DNA of 64,000 nucleotides from Spirochaetia bacterium (lineage in GTDB: Bacteria > Spirochaetota > Spirochaetia > DSM-2461), in NCBI GenBank assembly GCA_963668315.1, contig OY764216.1, forward strand, positions 96,001 to 160,000, read 5' to 3'. The position numbers and the translations under genes are program-made. Under the pieces are notes generated by a model. The model saw only the letters and a list, made by a program, of their open reading frames with translations. It was not told where the DNA came from and ran no database searches. Positions 50,420 to 61,798 of the stretch are shown here, piece after piece. Position 1 is the stretch's first letter. Each line of letters starts with the position of its first letter.

Positions 50420-51068
50420 TTCCCAGATTCACGCCGCCTACTGTTCCGCCGTGAATACCATCGTTAAAATCCGCCGGCTTACTTATGGAATTTCCCGCAC
50501 CGTCCTCGTAGGAGTAGCTTCCCCCCTGCAGCCGGCCGCCGAAATAGGGCTCAATATAGAAGCTCAGCTTCTTGTCGTCGCTGAAGATATACTTGCATCC
50601 CACGGTTGCTTCCAGGCCGTAGGCATTGGCCCTGGCAATATAGTCGCTGTCGGTGGTATCATCAATAACGGCATGGGAATACATTCCCGAAAGACCAACA
50701 TAGAAACCGCCCAGCGCATCGGTAAACATCTTGGGGATATGCTTGGAATACTTCCCGATATTCACATCCCGGGCGGCGTCTTTCAGAAGACTGCCCCAGT
50801 AATAGCGCCCGCCTCCGGTAAAATTCAGATAGGAAACCTTGTCATATCCATGAAGTCCCCATAAAAGATCCGGCGTATACTGAAACCCGCCGATGACGGA
50901 GACCGAATCGGTGACTCTCCTCTCATAGGAGATCTTGTACCAGTTGAGAAGAATCATCAGAACATCCACGGAAACGGCATTGCCGGGCTCTTCGCTCCTT
51001 CCCTGCTCTGCGGCCAGAGGGGTTAACAGCATGGCGGCCAGTACCGCTAAAAGAACAGCTTTTTTCAT
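50409..51068 (-). CDS. Small outer-membrane beta-barrel protein (DUF3575-like)
   Basis: Signal peptide, amphipathic beta strands, C-terminal GVNLGITF. Confidence 0.7.
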   Translation of the reverse strand: MKKAVLLAVLAAMLLTPLAAEQGRSEEPGNAVSVDVLMILLNWYKISYERRVTDSVSVIGGFQYTPDLLWGLHGYDKVSYLNFTGGGRYYWGSLLKDAARDVNIGKYSKHIPKMFTDALGGFYVGLSGMYSHAVIDDTTDSDYIARANAYGLEATVGCKYIFSDDKKLSFYIEPYFGGRLQGGSYSYEDGAGNSISKPADFNDGIHGGTVGGVNLGITF

Positions 51069-51231
51069 AAAGTCACCTCGTTTAATAAATGATCAATCTT
51101 TATTCTGGATGTCTCGCCCCTCTTTGAACAGTATATAAAGTACTCTTCTGATTAAGCCTTAAGACACCGTCCCCCCGTGACGAAGGTAACAGCCCGCTTC
51201 CCCGGAAGGGTCGGGAGTGATATAATACCCT

Positions 51232-52083
51232 ATGAAGATAACAATTCTCTGCGATAATGAAACGGACAGTTCCGCCTATCTGACGGAGCATGGGTTTTCC
51301 TGCTGGATAGAAACGAAAGACAGAAAGGAAGATCCGGTTAAGATTCTCTTCGACACGGGAAAGAGCGACATTTTCCTGACCAATGCCGCCCGGAGAGGTA
51401 TTGATGTCAGAGCAAACCGCTATACTGTCATCAGCCACGGACACTATGATCACGGCGGCGGACTGGCCGCGCTTTACAAGGAAGCCCCCCATTCTCATAT
51501 CTACCTGGGTAAAGGAGCCTTTGATGCTCACCTTGAGGGAGAGGAAGGGGAAAAGTATTATTACAGCGAAAAGAATATCGGCCTCTCCCCCAAGCGCCTC
51601 AAGGAGAACAAATCCCATTATACCTTTATAGAAAAAGAGACGATCCTCGAGGAGGGAATCGAGCTTCTCCCCGCCTCTCCCCTGACATATCCCATGCCTC
51701 CCAATGCGGGTCTGTGCGAAGTAGACGGAAAAGGCAGACTGCGGAAGGATTCTTTTGAGCACGAAATCTACCTGACAATCCGGGAAGAGGACGAACTCTA
51801 TCTTTTCACAGGCTGCGCCCACAGAGGCATAGCCAACATAGCCGCCTATGCGGAAACGCGGTATCCCGGACTGGCACGCTATACCGTCATAGGGGGCTTC
51901 CATATAAAAAAAGACCGGGAGGACGGCCAGATCACCCTTTTGAAGGATCTCATCCGGGGAAGGGAGGAAAAATGGCGTTTTCTGACAGGGCACTGCTCGG
52001 GAACGGAGAAGATGAAACTTCTGGAGGAGTCCGTCAGCTCACCCGTTTCCTATACTTTCGCGGGGACCGCTTTCTCTCTCTGA
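51232..52083 (+). CDS. MBL-fold metallo-hydrolase (COG1237-like)
   Basis: EHGFS, LFDTG, SHGHYDHGGG, TGCAHRG, GGFH, GHCSG. Confidence 0.9.
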   Translation: MKITILCDNETDSSAYLTEHGFSCWIETKDRKEDPVKILFDTGKSDIFLTNAARRGIDVRANRYTVISHGHYDHGGGLAALYKEAPHSHIYLGKGAFDAHLEGEEGEKYYYSEKNIGLSPKRLKENKSHYTFIEKETILEEGIELLPASPLTYPMPPNAGLCEVDGKGRLRKDSFEHEIYLTIREEDELYLFTGCAHRGIANIAAYAETRYPGLARYTVIGGFHIKKDREDGQITLLKDLIRGREEKWRFLTGHCSGTEKMKLLEESVSSPVSYTFAGTAFSL

Positions 52084-52245
52084 CCGCTCAGTTTTCACTG
52101 CCCGGGAAATTTTACCTTTAGGGACCTTTTGCTTATTTTTTACATTAAAGTAAATCTCACGGCATACATCCCCTCCCGCCGGCGGTATACACCACCGCGG
52201 GAGTTAATATTTTTATTTCCTTTTATATAAATCATTTACCAATAA

Positions 52246-53172
<927 letters not shown>

Positions 53173-53208
53173 GCGTTTGCACCTATTAGGAGAAAGGAGA
53201 GAAAAATT

Positions 53209-53535
53209 ATGGTAATGATCAAATCAGTAGTAAGACCGGAAAAAGTTGATGAAGTTATGGATGCCCTTCTTGAAGCAGGTTTTCCCGCCGTAACAAAAGT
53301 GAGCGTCGTAGGACGGGGCCAGCAGAAAGGTATCAAAGTAGGCGATGTCGTTTACGATGAACTCCCCAAGGAAATGCTGATCAATGTCGTAAAGAAAACA
53401 GATAAGGATATGGTCCTCAAGATCATCATGAAAGCGGCGAAATCCGCCGACGAGGGCAGCTACGGAGACGGAAAAATCTTCATCAGCCCCGTGGAAGAAG
53501 TCTATACCGTAAGAACGGGAGAAGCTGGTCTATGA
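53209..53535 (+). CDS. nifI1: PII-family nitrogenase regulator NifI1
   Basis: VRPEK, GRGQQKG, GDGKIF, VRTGE; position between nifH and nifD. Confidence 0.92.
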   Translation: MVMIKSVVRPEKVDEVMDALLEAGFPAVTKVSVVGRGQQKGIKVGDVVYDELPKEMLINVVKKTDKDMVLKIIMKAAKSADEGSYGDGKIFISPVEEVYTVRTGEAGL

Positions 53536-53909
53536 AAGAAGTAATGGCAATCATCCGGATGAACCGGATGAACGAAACCAAAAGGGCTCTGGCCGCTGCA
53601 GGTTTCACGTCCATGACTGCTACCGGACACGTCCTGGGACGTGGGAAGGGCATCGTAGATCACGGACTTCTCAAAGCGGCGGACGCGGGCAATGAATACG
53701 CCGCAGCGATGCTGGGCCAGGCCCCTCAGCTGCGGAACAAGCGGATGATCCTCATGACTGTCTCCGACGGAGATGTGAAAAAAGCGGTGGATACCATAGT
53801 AAGCGTGAATCAGTCGGGCATGGCGGGAGACGGAAAAATTTTCGTTCTTCCCATGAGCGAATCCTTCCGGGTTCGGACTGGTGAAAGCGGCGACGACATA
53901 CTTCAGTAG
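53532..53909 (+). CDS. nifI2: PII-family nitrogenase regulator NifI2
   Basis: MKEVMAIIRMN, VLGRGKG, long T-loop, GDGKIFVLP, RVRTGE. Confidence 0.92.
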   Translation: MKEVMAIIRMNRMNETKRALAAAGFTSMTATGHVLGRGKGIVDHGLLKAADAGNEYAAAMLGQAPQLRNKRMILMTVSDGDVKKAVDTIVSVNQSGMAGDGKIFVLPMSESFRVRTGESGDDILQ

Positions 53910-53918
53910 GGAAAGAAT

Positions 53919-55589
53919 ATGGCAGAAATGACAAGGACTGATGAAGTTATTGATAAAATGCTGGCGAAATATCCGGCCAAGGTTGCCCGGAAAAGAAAAA
54001 AGGGCATCATAAAAATAGAACAGGGTGAACACCAGGAGATCCAGGCCAACGTCCGGACCGTTCCCGGTATCATCACCCAGAGAGGCTGCTGCTACGCCGG
54101 TTGCAAGGGTGTTGTTCTGGGACCCACCAGGGATATCATCAACCTGACGCACGGTCCCATCGGATGCGGTTTCTACTCCTGGCTTACCAGACGTAACCAG
54201 ACTTCCTCCCAGGGGGAGGCGCCTGAAAATCAGGAAAACTTCATGACCTACTGTTTCAGTACGGATATGCAGGATTCCAACATCGTATTCGGCGGAGAGA
54301 AAAAGCTCAAGCAGGCCATCGAAGAGGCCTATGAGATTTTCCACCCGAAAGCCATCGGTGTTTTCGCCACCTGTCCCGTAGGTCTGATCGGTGACGATAT
54401 CCACCAGGTTTCCAAAGTGTGCAAAGAGCAGTTCGGCGACTGTAATGTCTTCGCCTTCAGCTGCGAGGGCTACAAGGGAGTTACCCAGTCCGCCGGTCAC
54501 CACATTGCCAACAACCAGTTGTTCAGGCATGTAATCGGTACGGCCGAGGATGGCCCCGAAGGCAAGTTCAAGATCAACATGCTCGGTGAGTACAACATCG
54601 GCGGAGATGCCTTCGTTATCGAAGAGCTTCTGAACAAGTGCGGAATCACACTGATCTCCACCATGTCCGGCAACTCTTCCTACAGAAAGTTCGCCCACAG
54701 CCACCATGCCGATCTTAACGTGATCATGTGCCACCGGTCCATCAACTATGTGGCGGAAATGATGGAGACCAAATACGGTATTCCCTGGTTCAAGGTGAAC
54801 TTTATCGGAGCGGAGGCCACGGCCAAATCGCTCAGGAAGATAGCCCAGTTCTTCGATGATGTTGAGCTGACGGCCAAGGTGGAAGAGGTTATCGCCGAAG
54901 GGATGGCCCAGGTGGAAGCCGTACAGAAAGAGGTGCTTCCCAAGACTGACGGAAAAATGGCCATGCTCTTCGTGGGCGGTTCCCGTGCCCACCACTACCA
55001 GGAACTGTTCAGCGAGCTGGGTATGAAGACCATGGCCGCCGGTTACGAGTTCGGTCACCGGGACGACTACGAAGGAAGGGAGTACCTCCCCGATATCAAG
55101 GTTGACGCGGACAGCCGGAACATTGAGGAACTGACGGTAGTCAAGGATGAGGAAAAATACAAAGTAGCCCTGGGCGAACAGAAAGCCAAGCTGGAAAAAG
55201 ACGGTTTCGAGTTCAGCGACTACGAAGGTATGATGAAGGACATGGAGACGGGAAGTCTCTCCATTGACGACCTGAGCCACTACGAGATGGAAGTACTCAT
55301 CAAAGAGTTCAAGCCCGACGTATTCTGCGCCGGAATCAAGGAGAAGTACGCCGTACAGAAAATGGGTGTACCCCTGAAGCAGCTGCACAGTTACGACTAC
55401 GGCGGACCTTACGCCGGATTTCTGGGAGCGACGAACTTCTACAAAGATATCGCCAGTATGACCAACAGCAAGATCTGGGACCTCATTGGAGCTCCCTGGG
55501 AAAAAGAGAAGACCCTGAGCGCCTCTGTCGTTCACAGTACGGCAGCGCCCAAGACAGAAAAGAAAGGAGAGTGCATCAATGTTACTTAA
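53919..55589 (+). CDS. nifD: Nitrogenase MoFe protein alpha chain (group II, clostridial type)
   Basis: RGCCYAG, HGPIGC, ATCP, MCHRSINY, FVGGSRAHH, long insertion after YEFGHRDDY, QLHSYDY. Confidence 0.97.
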   Translation: MAEMTRTDEVIDKMLAKYPAKVARKRKKGIIKIEQGEHQEIQANVRTVPGIITQRGCCYAGCKGVVLGPTRDIINLTHGPIGCGFYSWLTRRNQTSSQGEAPENQENFMTYCFSTDMQDSNIVFGGEKKLKQAIEEAYEIFHPKAIGVFATCPVGLIGDDIHQVSKVCKEQFGDCNVFAFSCEGYKGVTQSAGHHIANNQLFRHVIGTAEDGPEGKFKINMLGEYNIGGDAFVIEELLNKCGITLISTMSGNSSYRKFAHSHHADLNVIMCHRSINYVAEMMETKYGIPWFKVNFIGAEATAKSLRKIAQFFDDVELTAKVEEVIAEGMAQVEAVQKEVLPKTDGKMAMLFVGGSRAHHYQELFSELGMKTMAAGYEFGHRDDYEGREYLPDIKVDADSRNIEELTVVKDEEKYKVALGEQKAKLEKDGFEFSDYEGMMKDMETGSLSIDDLSHYEMEVLIKEFKPDVFCAGIKEKYAVQKMGVPLKQLHSYDYGGPYAGFLGATNFYKDIASMTNSKIWDLIGAPWEKEKTLSASVVHSTAAPKTEKKGECINVT

Positions 55590-56967
55590 ACACACGACTG
55601 CCGATGTGGCAGACAGAAAAGCACTGACCGTTAACCCGGCTAAAACTTGCCAGCCCATAGGCGCCATGTATGCGGCTCTCGGCATTCACGGATGCATGCC
55701 CCACAGTCACGGTTCACAGGGCTGCTGCGCCTACCACCGTTCCGCCCTGACCAGGCACTATAAAGAGCCGGTTATGGCCGGCACCAGTTCCTTTACGGAA
55801 GGTTCCAGTGTTTTCGGAGGCCAGGCGAACCTGCTCCAGGCGTTTAACAATATCTTCACCATCTACAATCCCGATATTGTGGCGGTTCATACCACCTGTC
55901 TTTCCGAGACGATCGGTGATGATGTTAAGCAGATTGCCCAGAAAGCCATGGACGAAGGAAAGATCCCCGAAGGGAAAACGGTTATCTACTGCAGCACTCC
56001 CAGTTATGTGGGCAGCCATGTAACCGGATTCGCCAACCAGTGCGCGGCCATGGCCGACCAGCTGGCCATCGATGACGGTGTTGACGTAAAGAACGCCACC
56101 ATCAATATTGTGCCGGGCTGGGTTGAACCGGCTGACATGAGAGAGATCAAAAGGCTCATGAAAGCCATGAAGGTCACAAAAATCATGTTCCCCGACACTT
56201 CCGATATTCTGGATGCTCCCATGACGGGTCACCACCAGTTTTTTCCCAAGGGAGGAGTAACCCTCAATGAACTGAGAGATTCCGGAAAGAGCCGCAAGAC
56301 TTTCTGCCTCGGTTCCTGGGCTTCCGTTCCCGCAGGAGAAGCGCTTTGGAAAAAGTGCCGCGTCCCCTTCGAAGACATGAGCCTGCCCATCGGTATCCGC
56401 GCCACCGACCGTTTTCTCGCGGCGGTCAGCAAGGAAACCAGCTGTCCCGTTCCCCAGTCCATCACGGACGAACGGGGCCGCCTGGTAGATATGATCGCCG
56501 ATATGCAGAACTATCTGTCCGGTAAAAGAGTCGCCCTCTGGGGCGATCCCGACCAGCTGCTCTCTCTGACGGAGTTTCTGATCGACATGGACATGAAACC
56601 GGTTTACGTGGTCTCCGGAACCCCGGGTAAAGCCTGGATGAAGAAGATGGAAGCCCTGGTGGGTGATGCCGTTCCCGAATGCAAGTACCTGAACGGAGAG
56701 AGGGCCGACATGTTCCTGATGCACCAGTGGATCAAGGAACAGGGCGTGGATCTTCTGATCGGAAACACCTACGGCAAGTACATTGCCCGTGATGAGGATA
56801 CTCCCTTTATCAGGCACGGATTCCCCATCTATGACCGTATCGGTCACAGCTATTTCCCCACGGTTGGCTATGCCGGCGGAATGAGACTGGTCGAAAAAAT
56901 CCTGAATGCCCTCATGGACAGGAAGGACCGGGACGCTCCGGAAGAGTATTTCGAACTGGTTCTTTAA
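55579..56967 (+). CDS. nifK: Nitrogenase MoFe protein beta chain
   Basis: NPAKTCQPIGA, HGSQGC, TTCLSETIGDD, TPSYVGSH, GFPIYDR, C-terminal FELVL. Confidence 0.97.
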   Translation: MLLKHTTADVADRKALTVNPAKTCQPIGAMYAALGIHGCMPHSHGSQGCCAYHRSALTRHYKEPVMAGTSSFTEGSSVFGGQANLLQAFNNIFTIYNPDIVAVHTTCLSETIGDDVKQIAQKAMDEGKIPEGKTVIYCSTPSYVGSHVTGFANQCAAMADQLAIDDGVDVKNATINIVPGWVEPADMREIKRLMKAMKVTKIMFPDTSDILDAPMTGHHQFFPKGGVTLNELRDSGKSRKTFCLGSWASVPAGEALWKKCRVPFEDMSLPIGIRATDRFLAAVSKETSCPVPQSITDERGRLVDMIADMQNYLSGKRVALWGDPDQLLSLTEFLIDMDMKPVYVVSGTPGKAWMKKMEALVGDAVPECKYLNGERADMFLMHQWIKEQGVDLLIGNTYGKYIARDEDTPFIRHGFPIYDRIGHSYFPTVGYAGGMRLVEKILNALMDRKDRDAPEEYFELVL

Positions 56968-56977
56968 TGGTAAATGG

Positions 56978-57051
56978 CGTACCGGTACGCAGCCGGTACG
57001 TTTTTGTTGTTATTCTCTGTTGTCCGGGCGGTCTTAGGACCGCCCGCTTTT
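56978..57051 (+). terminator. Tandem terminators closing the nif operon
   Basis: CGTACCGG/CCGGTACG plus T5 (56978-57005) and CGGGCGGTC/GACCGCCCG plus CTTTT (57025-57051). Confidence 0.8.
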
Positions 57052-57171
57052 ATAGGCTACTTTTTTTCTCATCTTTTTTGTGTTTTTTTACATTTACTTA
57101 ATACAAAAACATTCGATTTATGATATAAAGGAATTCGAAAAAATTACATTTAAGAAGTTTTAAAAATAGCC

Positions 57172-59061
57172 ATGGTAAAAATCAGTATTAACACAAAACT
57201 CATAACCCTTATCGCATCCACCTTTCTTCTTTTTTCCCTCATCATGTCGGTCATTCTCATCCATTCCGTAAAAAGGATGGAAGAGTATGTCATTCAGGAA
57301 ACACGGGATATGGCCTTTGACGGTTTCAAGCGAGAGCTGCAGAGTACAACGGAACTGGCAGTGACCCTTATCTCCGCCATCAACGAAAGGACGGATCTGG
57401 ACAGCAGTCAGAAGAAAGACCTTGTAACCGATCTTACCGAAGCCCTTCGTTTCGGAGAGGACGGCTACTTCTACGGATATGAAAACGGTACGGGCATCAA
57501 CGTCCTGCACGGTACCGTTCCCTCCAATCACGGCAAGAGCCTCTGGGGCCTGACATCCCCCGATGGCAACCAGAAGATCATACAGGATCTGGATCAGGCC
57601 GCTGAAGACGGCAGTCTCTTCGTGGAATTCTACTGGTCCAAGCCGGACAGACCGGAAGGAGAGGTTTTTCCCAAACTGGGAACGGCCATGAAGGTTCCCG
57701 ACACGGATATCTGGGTGGGTACGGGCGCCTATATTGACAGTATTGACGATTACATCAGCTCCATAGACACGGAACTCGGCATAAGAATATCCCAGTTCAC
57801 GAGAATCATTCTTCTCAGCTTTCTCGCCGGTGCCGTAATCCTTATCATTATTACATTTATCCGGGTCAGATCAACCGTCCGCAGTCTCATCAAGCTTTCA
57901 GATTTTATAGAAAAGACCGAAGGGAGAGATTTCTCCGAACGATATAGCCCCGCGAAAAAGAGCACCTTCCCCGATGAAGTGGATACTCTTTCCTCCAGCC
58001 TGAATGATATCCTGGACCGGATATCCCTGTTCCTGAACGATTTCAAAGCCAAAACGGCCGACCAGATACGCAACGACGGGGAACTTCGGGAAAATATCAT
58101 TCTCTCCGTTGAAGAGATGAAAAACATCCGGGAGATAACCGATGACTCAAGGAACCGGTCCCATCAGTATGAAGAGAGCCTGAAGACCGCAGAACAGTCC
58201 CTCACCCATCTGACGGGGAACCTGAAAAACCTGAATCAGTCCATAGAGCATCAGGAAATCAGCATAAGCGACTCCTCCTCCGCGGTGGAGCAGATTACCC
58301 GGGGCGTGGAGAATCTTTCCCATAAGCTTACGGGAGCCACAGACGATGTCCGGGAGATGACAAGAAAGACCGAACAGGGCCGGCTCTCGGTCAACAATGT
58401 GCTTAACCTTGTGGAGACGATCGTAACCGAATCGGAAAAGCTTCAATCGGCCAATAAACTCATTGCCAATATCGCCAGTAAGACGAACCTTCTTTCCATG
58501 AATGCGGCCATTGAAGCGGCCCATGCGGGAAGCGCGGGAAGAGGATTCTCCGTGGTTGCCGAGGAGATCCGGAACCTGGCGGAGCTTTCTTCCCAGCAGT
58601 CGCTGAGTGTGAAGGAGAATCTCAAGCAGATTACCCAGTCCATCTCCGACGTCTCCATCGCCGCCCGGGATTCGGACGGGGAGTTCCATGGAATCATCGA
58701 ATCAATCGAACATGTCCAGAATCTCTTTTCCTCTCTCGAGAGCGAGATGGGGGAATTGAATTCGGGAAGCGTTCAGATAAGAAAGGATCTGGAGAATCTG
58801 AAAGATCAGGCGTCCTCTCTCCTCGGGGAATCCAGGCGGATTGACCGGGAACGGCAGGAGATCGGAGGTGTCTTCGAGCATCTGAAAACGGCCGGAGTTC
58901 AGTCCGGAATGGATATGGATGAGATTCATGAGAAAATCCGTACCATGGAAGAGTCCATTCAGTCCGTGGAGAAAATGAGCCGGGAGAACCGGGAAAGAAT
59001 GATCCAGCTGAAAGAAAGGGCCGACGATTTCCAGACGGAACGGGACCAGACGGAAGGGTAA
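57172..59061 (+). CDS. Methyl-accepting chemotaxis protein with single Cache domain
   Basis: [12 protein letters not shown]...FYWSKP...PKLG...[45 protein letters not shown]. Confidence 0.93.
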   Translation: MVKISINTKLITLIASTFLLFSLIMSVILIHSVKRMEEYVIQETRDMAFDGFKRELQSTTELAVTLISAINERTDLDSSQKKDLVTDLTEALRFGEDGYFYGYENGTGINVLHGTVPSNHGKSLWGLTSPDGNQKIIQDLDQAAEDGSLFVEFYWSKPDRPEGEVFPKLGTAMKVPDTDIWVGTGAYIDSIDDYISSIDTELGIRISQFTRIILLSFLAGAVILIIITFIRVRSTVRSLIKLSDFIEKTEGRDFSERYSPAKKSTFPDEVDTLSSSLNDILDRISLFLNDFKAKTADQIRNDGELRENIILSVEEMKNIREITDDSRNRSHQYEESLKTAEQSLTHLTGNLKNLNQSIEHQEISISDSSSAVEQITRGVENLSHKLTGATDDVREMTRKTEQGRLSVNNVLNLVETIVTESEKLQSANKLIANIASKTNLLSMNAAIEAAHAGSAGRGFSVVAEEIRNLAELSSQQSLSVKENLKQITQSISDVSIAARDSDGEFHGIIESIEHVQNLFSSLESEMGELNSGSVQIRKDLENLKDQASSLLGESRRIDRERQEIGGVFEHLKTAGVQSGMDMDEIHEKIRTMEESIQSVEKMSRENRERMIQLKERADDFQTERDQTEG

Positions 59062-59166
59062 TCCCCTGCCCCGGCAGCGGGGCGCAACGGCCGACTCCCT
59101 GATCTTTTTTCCCTTGTGTGCTAGAATAGGCTATACCTATCACAAGAAAAAAATCAGGAGTAAAAA

Positions 59167-60387
59167 ATGTCTGCAAAACATGTCATCTGTTTCAACGGAG
59201 GAAGCTCATCCATCAAAGTGGCCATTAAAAAGGTCACCGGCGGAGAGGTGGAATCCATCGTCGATTTCAACTGCCAGGGTCTGGGAACGGGAAAGGGCTA
59301 CATTGATATTAAGAGAAACGGCGAAAAGGAAGTCCTGGAAAAACCCATGGCCGACCATGCCACAGCACTCCATGAAATCACCGCTCTGATTGACAAACTC
59401 TACCCCGGAATGAAACTTGATGCGGCGGGTCACAGAGTTCTCCACGGAGGGCCTGTCTTCAAAGAAACCACGCTGATCGACGGAATCGACGGAAAAGTCC
59501 AGGAGACCATCAAAAAGTTTTTCCCCCTGGGCCCCCTACATAATCCGGCCAATCATCAGATAATCATGGCCTGCCTCAAGGATGAGGTCCTGAACAAAAT
59601 CCCCCACGCGGCCATTTTCGATACCCAGTTCCACGCCCGCATGGAAGATCATGTCAAATTTTACGCCGTCCCCGACGAATGGCGGACAAAATACAGTATC
59701 CAGAGATACGGATTCCACGGCACCTCCTACGCCTACATAACCGGAAGGTTCGCCGAGCTGAACGGGCTGGCTCCTGAAGACACCAACGTGGTCATCGCCC
59801 ATCTGGGAAACGGCTGTTCCATGGCCAAGGTGGAAAAGGGAATCGGCGCCGACACATCCATGGGACTGACCCCCCTGGAAGGTCTTGTCATGGGAACCCG
59901 TTCGGGCGATATCGATCCGGGTGTCCTGGAACTGATAGCCGACAGCGAGGGGCTGGACATCAAAGAGATCGTGCGTATTCTGAACAAGGAGTCGGGACTG
60001 CTCGGCCTTTATAATAAGGACGGGATCAAGGAGATGCATTTCATCCGCCAGGCCGCCATGGAAGGGGATAAGAAAGCCGAACTGGTGGTCGATATAGCCG
60101 CCTACCGCACGGCGAAATACTTCGCCGAATACCTGGGGACCATGAAAAGTCCCAAGGGCATCGTCTTTACCGGGGGCGTGGGGGAAAACGAAGGATACTT
60201 CAGAACAAAGGTCCTGAATTTCATGGCCCTGTTCGACTGGAAAATCGACGAGAAGGCCATGGCCACCCGCTCGGAAGAGAAGGTCGTTGCCGAAAGCGGT
60301 CTCGTCCCCGGGCTCAAGGCATGGGTTATTCCCACCGACGAAGAGAAGGTTTTTGCCCTGGAAGCGGCAAAGTTTATTCAGGAATAG
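59167..60387 (+). CDS. ackA: Acetate/propionate kinase
   Basis: NGGSSSIK, GHRVLHGG, PLHN, RYGFHGTS, HLGNG, TPLEGLVMGTRSGDIDP, FTGGVGEN, IPTDEE. Confidence 0.92.
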   Translation: MSAKHVICFNGGSSSIKVAIKKVTGGEVESIVDFNCQGLGTGKGYIDIKRNGEKEVLEKPMADHATALHEITALIDKLYPGMKLDAAGHRVLHGGPVFKETTLIDGIDGKVQETIKKFFPLGPLHNPANHQIIMACLKDEVLNKIPHAAIFDTQFHARMEDHVKFYAVPDEWRTKYSIQRYGFHGTSYAYITGRFAELNGLAPEDTNVVIAHLGNGCSMAKVEKGIGADTSMGLTPLEGLVMGTRSGDIDPGVLELIADSEGLDIKEIVRILNKESGLLGLYNKDGIKEMHFIRQAAMEGDKKAELVVDIAAYRTAKYFAEYLGTMKSPKGIVFTGGVGENEGYFRTKVLNFMALFDWKIDEKAMATRSEEKVVAESGLVPGLKAWVIPTDEEKVFALEAAKFIQE

Positions 60388-60407
60388 TTGACTTCACACC
60401 CTAAGTT

Positions 60408-60439
60408 CCGCCTCTGGAAAGATTAAACTTCAGAGGCGG
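60408..60439. terminator. Stem-loop between convergent genes
   Basis: CCGCCTCTG / CAGAGGCGG stem. Confidence 0.6.
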
Positions 60440-60446
60440 TTCCTTC

Positions 60447-61355
60447 TCAGGAAAAGTAAATACTCTCGGCCGTCTGATAGAAGACCAGCTCCTTTTCCTT
60501 ATCGGTAAAGACATCACTCTCCATCGCGTAATCCACCAGATGGCGGTAACTGTCCCGGCACAGGGTCGACGGCAGATCGGAACCGAACATCATCCGGTCG
60601 GCCCCCAGAATCTGTTTTCCGATTTTCAGGTAATGCCGGGCCTGTTCGTAGGGATAGACTTCAGGCCTCTGGTTGGCGGGAAGGGCCGCCAGATCAAACC
60701 ATACGTTGGGAAGATTCAGCTTCTTCAGACCGTCTTTCAGTACTTCCTCATCCTTTGGAAGGGGAGCTAAAAGATGGCATACGACGAATTTCATCTCTGG
60801 ATATCTTTTTATGGCTCTGCTCAGGGCGTCAATCTGCCAGCAGGGATTTCCGGCCCGGCCGATATCGATGACAAAGGTTAATCCCCTGTCATTGGCATAG
60901 GAATAAGCCTCGTCCATCACTTCGCCGTCCAGAGCCACGGGAGGATGATAGCTCATCAGTCCGGAGCCGTTGCTTACCTCGAACTTGACGATGGTAAATC
61001 CCAGTTCGTCAAAAAGGCGGGCGAGGATCTTTTCCTTGTTCACGCAGAACGGGTCATAGGTGGCGGCGCCGGTGAAGCGATCGGGATACTTCTGCATGGC
61101 CTGCCAGGTATACTCATTCTGGAAGCCGAAGTAGTTCCCCTGAAGCAGTACGGCCTTTTCCACATCATGGTCATCCATCAGCTTGATGACTTTTTCCGCC
61201 GTGACGTCATACTCCCCCAGCTCCGGCGGAATCATATTGATGACCTGCCCGCTGGCATGAATGGCCTGTCCTTTCCCGCAGGGTCTCAGTTCTCCCTGGG
61301 AGCCGAAACCGGCAATAACCTGGACGATATGGGCATGGGCATCGATGATTTTCAT
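60447..61355 (-). CDS. Amidohydrolase family protein
   Basis: IDAHAH, VVCHL, WFDLAA, MFGSDLP. Confidence 0.88.
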   Translation of the reverse strand: MKIIDAHAHIVQVIAGFGSQGELRPCGKGQAIHASGQVINMIPPELGEYDVTAEKVIKLMDDHDVEKAVLLQGNYFGFQNEYTWQAMQKYPDRFTGAATYDPFCVNKEKILARLFDELGFTIVKFEVSNGSGLMSYHPPVALDGEVMDEAYSYANDRGLTFVIDIGRAGNPCWQIDALSRAIKRYPEMKFVVCHLLAPLPKDEEVLKDGLKKLNLPNVWFDLAALPANQRPEVYPYEQARHYLKIGKQILGADRMMFGSDLPSTLCRDSYRHLVDYAMESDVFTDKEKELVFYQTAESIYFS

Positions 61356-61356
61356 G

Positions 61357-61668
61357 CTAGAAGGCCTCCACGCCTGTCCGGATCGTCACACTGGCCCGCA
61401 TGTCCGCCACTCTCCCGCCGAATTCATCCATATAATCCATGGACGAATGGAGATCGAGCGCATCCTGGGAGGCCCATCTTTCATACAGGGTGATCCGGTT
61501 TTCATCGTAAGCTTCCTGCCTCTCGCCCTCCACGTTCATCTCACGGGTGTAGTCGTACATGAGACAGCCTTCCTCTTCCAGAACCAGTGGCCGGATTTTC
61601 CTGCACTCCTCCAGAAAATCCTCCATCCTGCCCTCTTTGATTATCATGGTTACTATCGAATAAATCAT
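61357..61668 (-). CDS. Antibiotic-biosynthesis-monooxygenase (ABM) family protein
   Basis: EEEGCLMYD...LYERWASQDALDLH. Confidence 0.88.
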   Translation of the reverse strand: MIYSIVTMIIKEGRMEDFLEECRKIRPLVLEEEGCLMYDYTREMNVEGERQEAYDENRITLYERWASQDALDLHSSMDYMDEFGGRVADMRASVTIRTGVEAF

Positions 61669-61798
61669 CCTTCCCCTCCAAATGGCATACCGCCGTTTAC
61701 ATAATGATGAATTGAGCGGTGCGATGTCAATAAGGGTTTATACGGCTTTTCTTCCTCCATCGGTATTATTCATTGAATAATACCTGTAGAATGGCGCC

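Noticed and set aside
53502..56847. Long minus-strand ORFs of 727 and 377 aa
   Set aside because: Antisense shadows of the strongly biased nifD/nifK genes.
59113..59146. Rex operator upstream of ackA (TTGTG...CACAA)
   Set aside because: The half-sites are 22 nt apart rather than the 8 nt of the Rex consensus.
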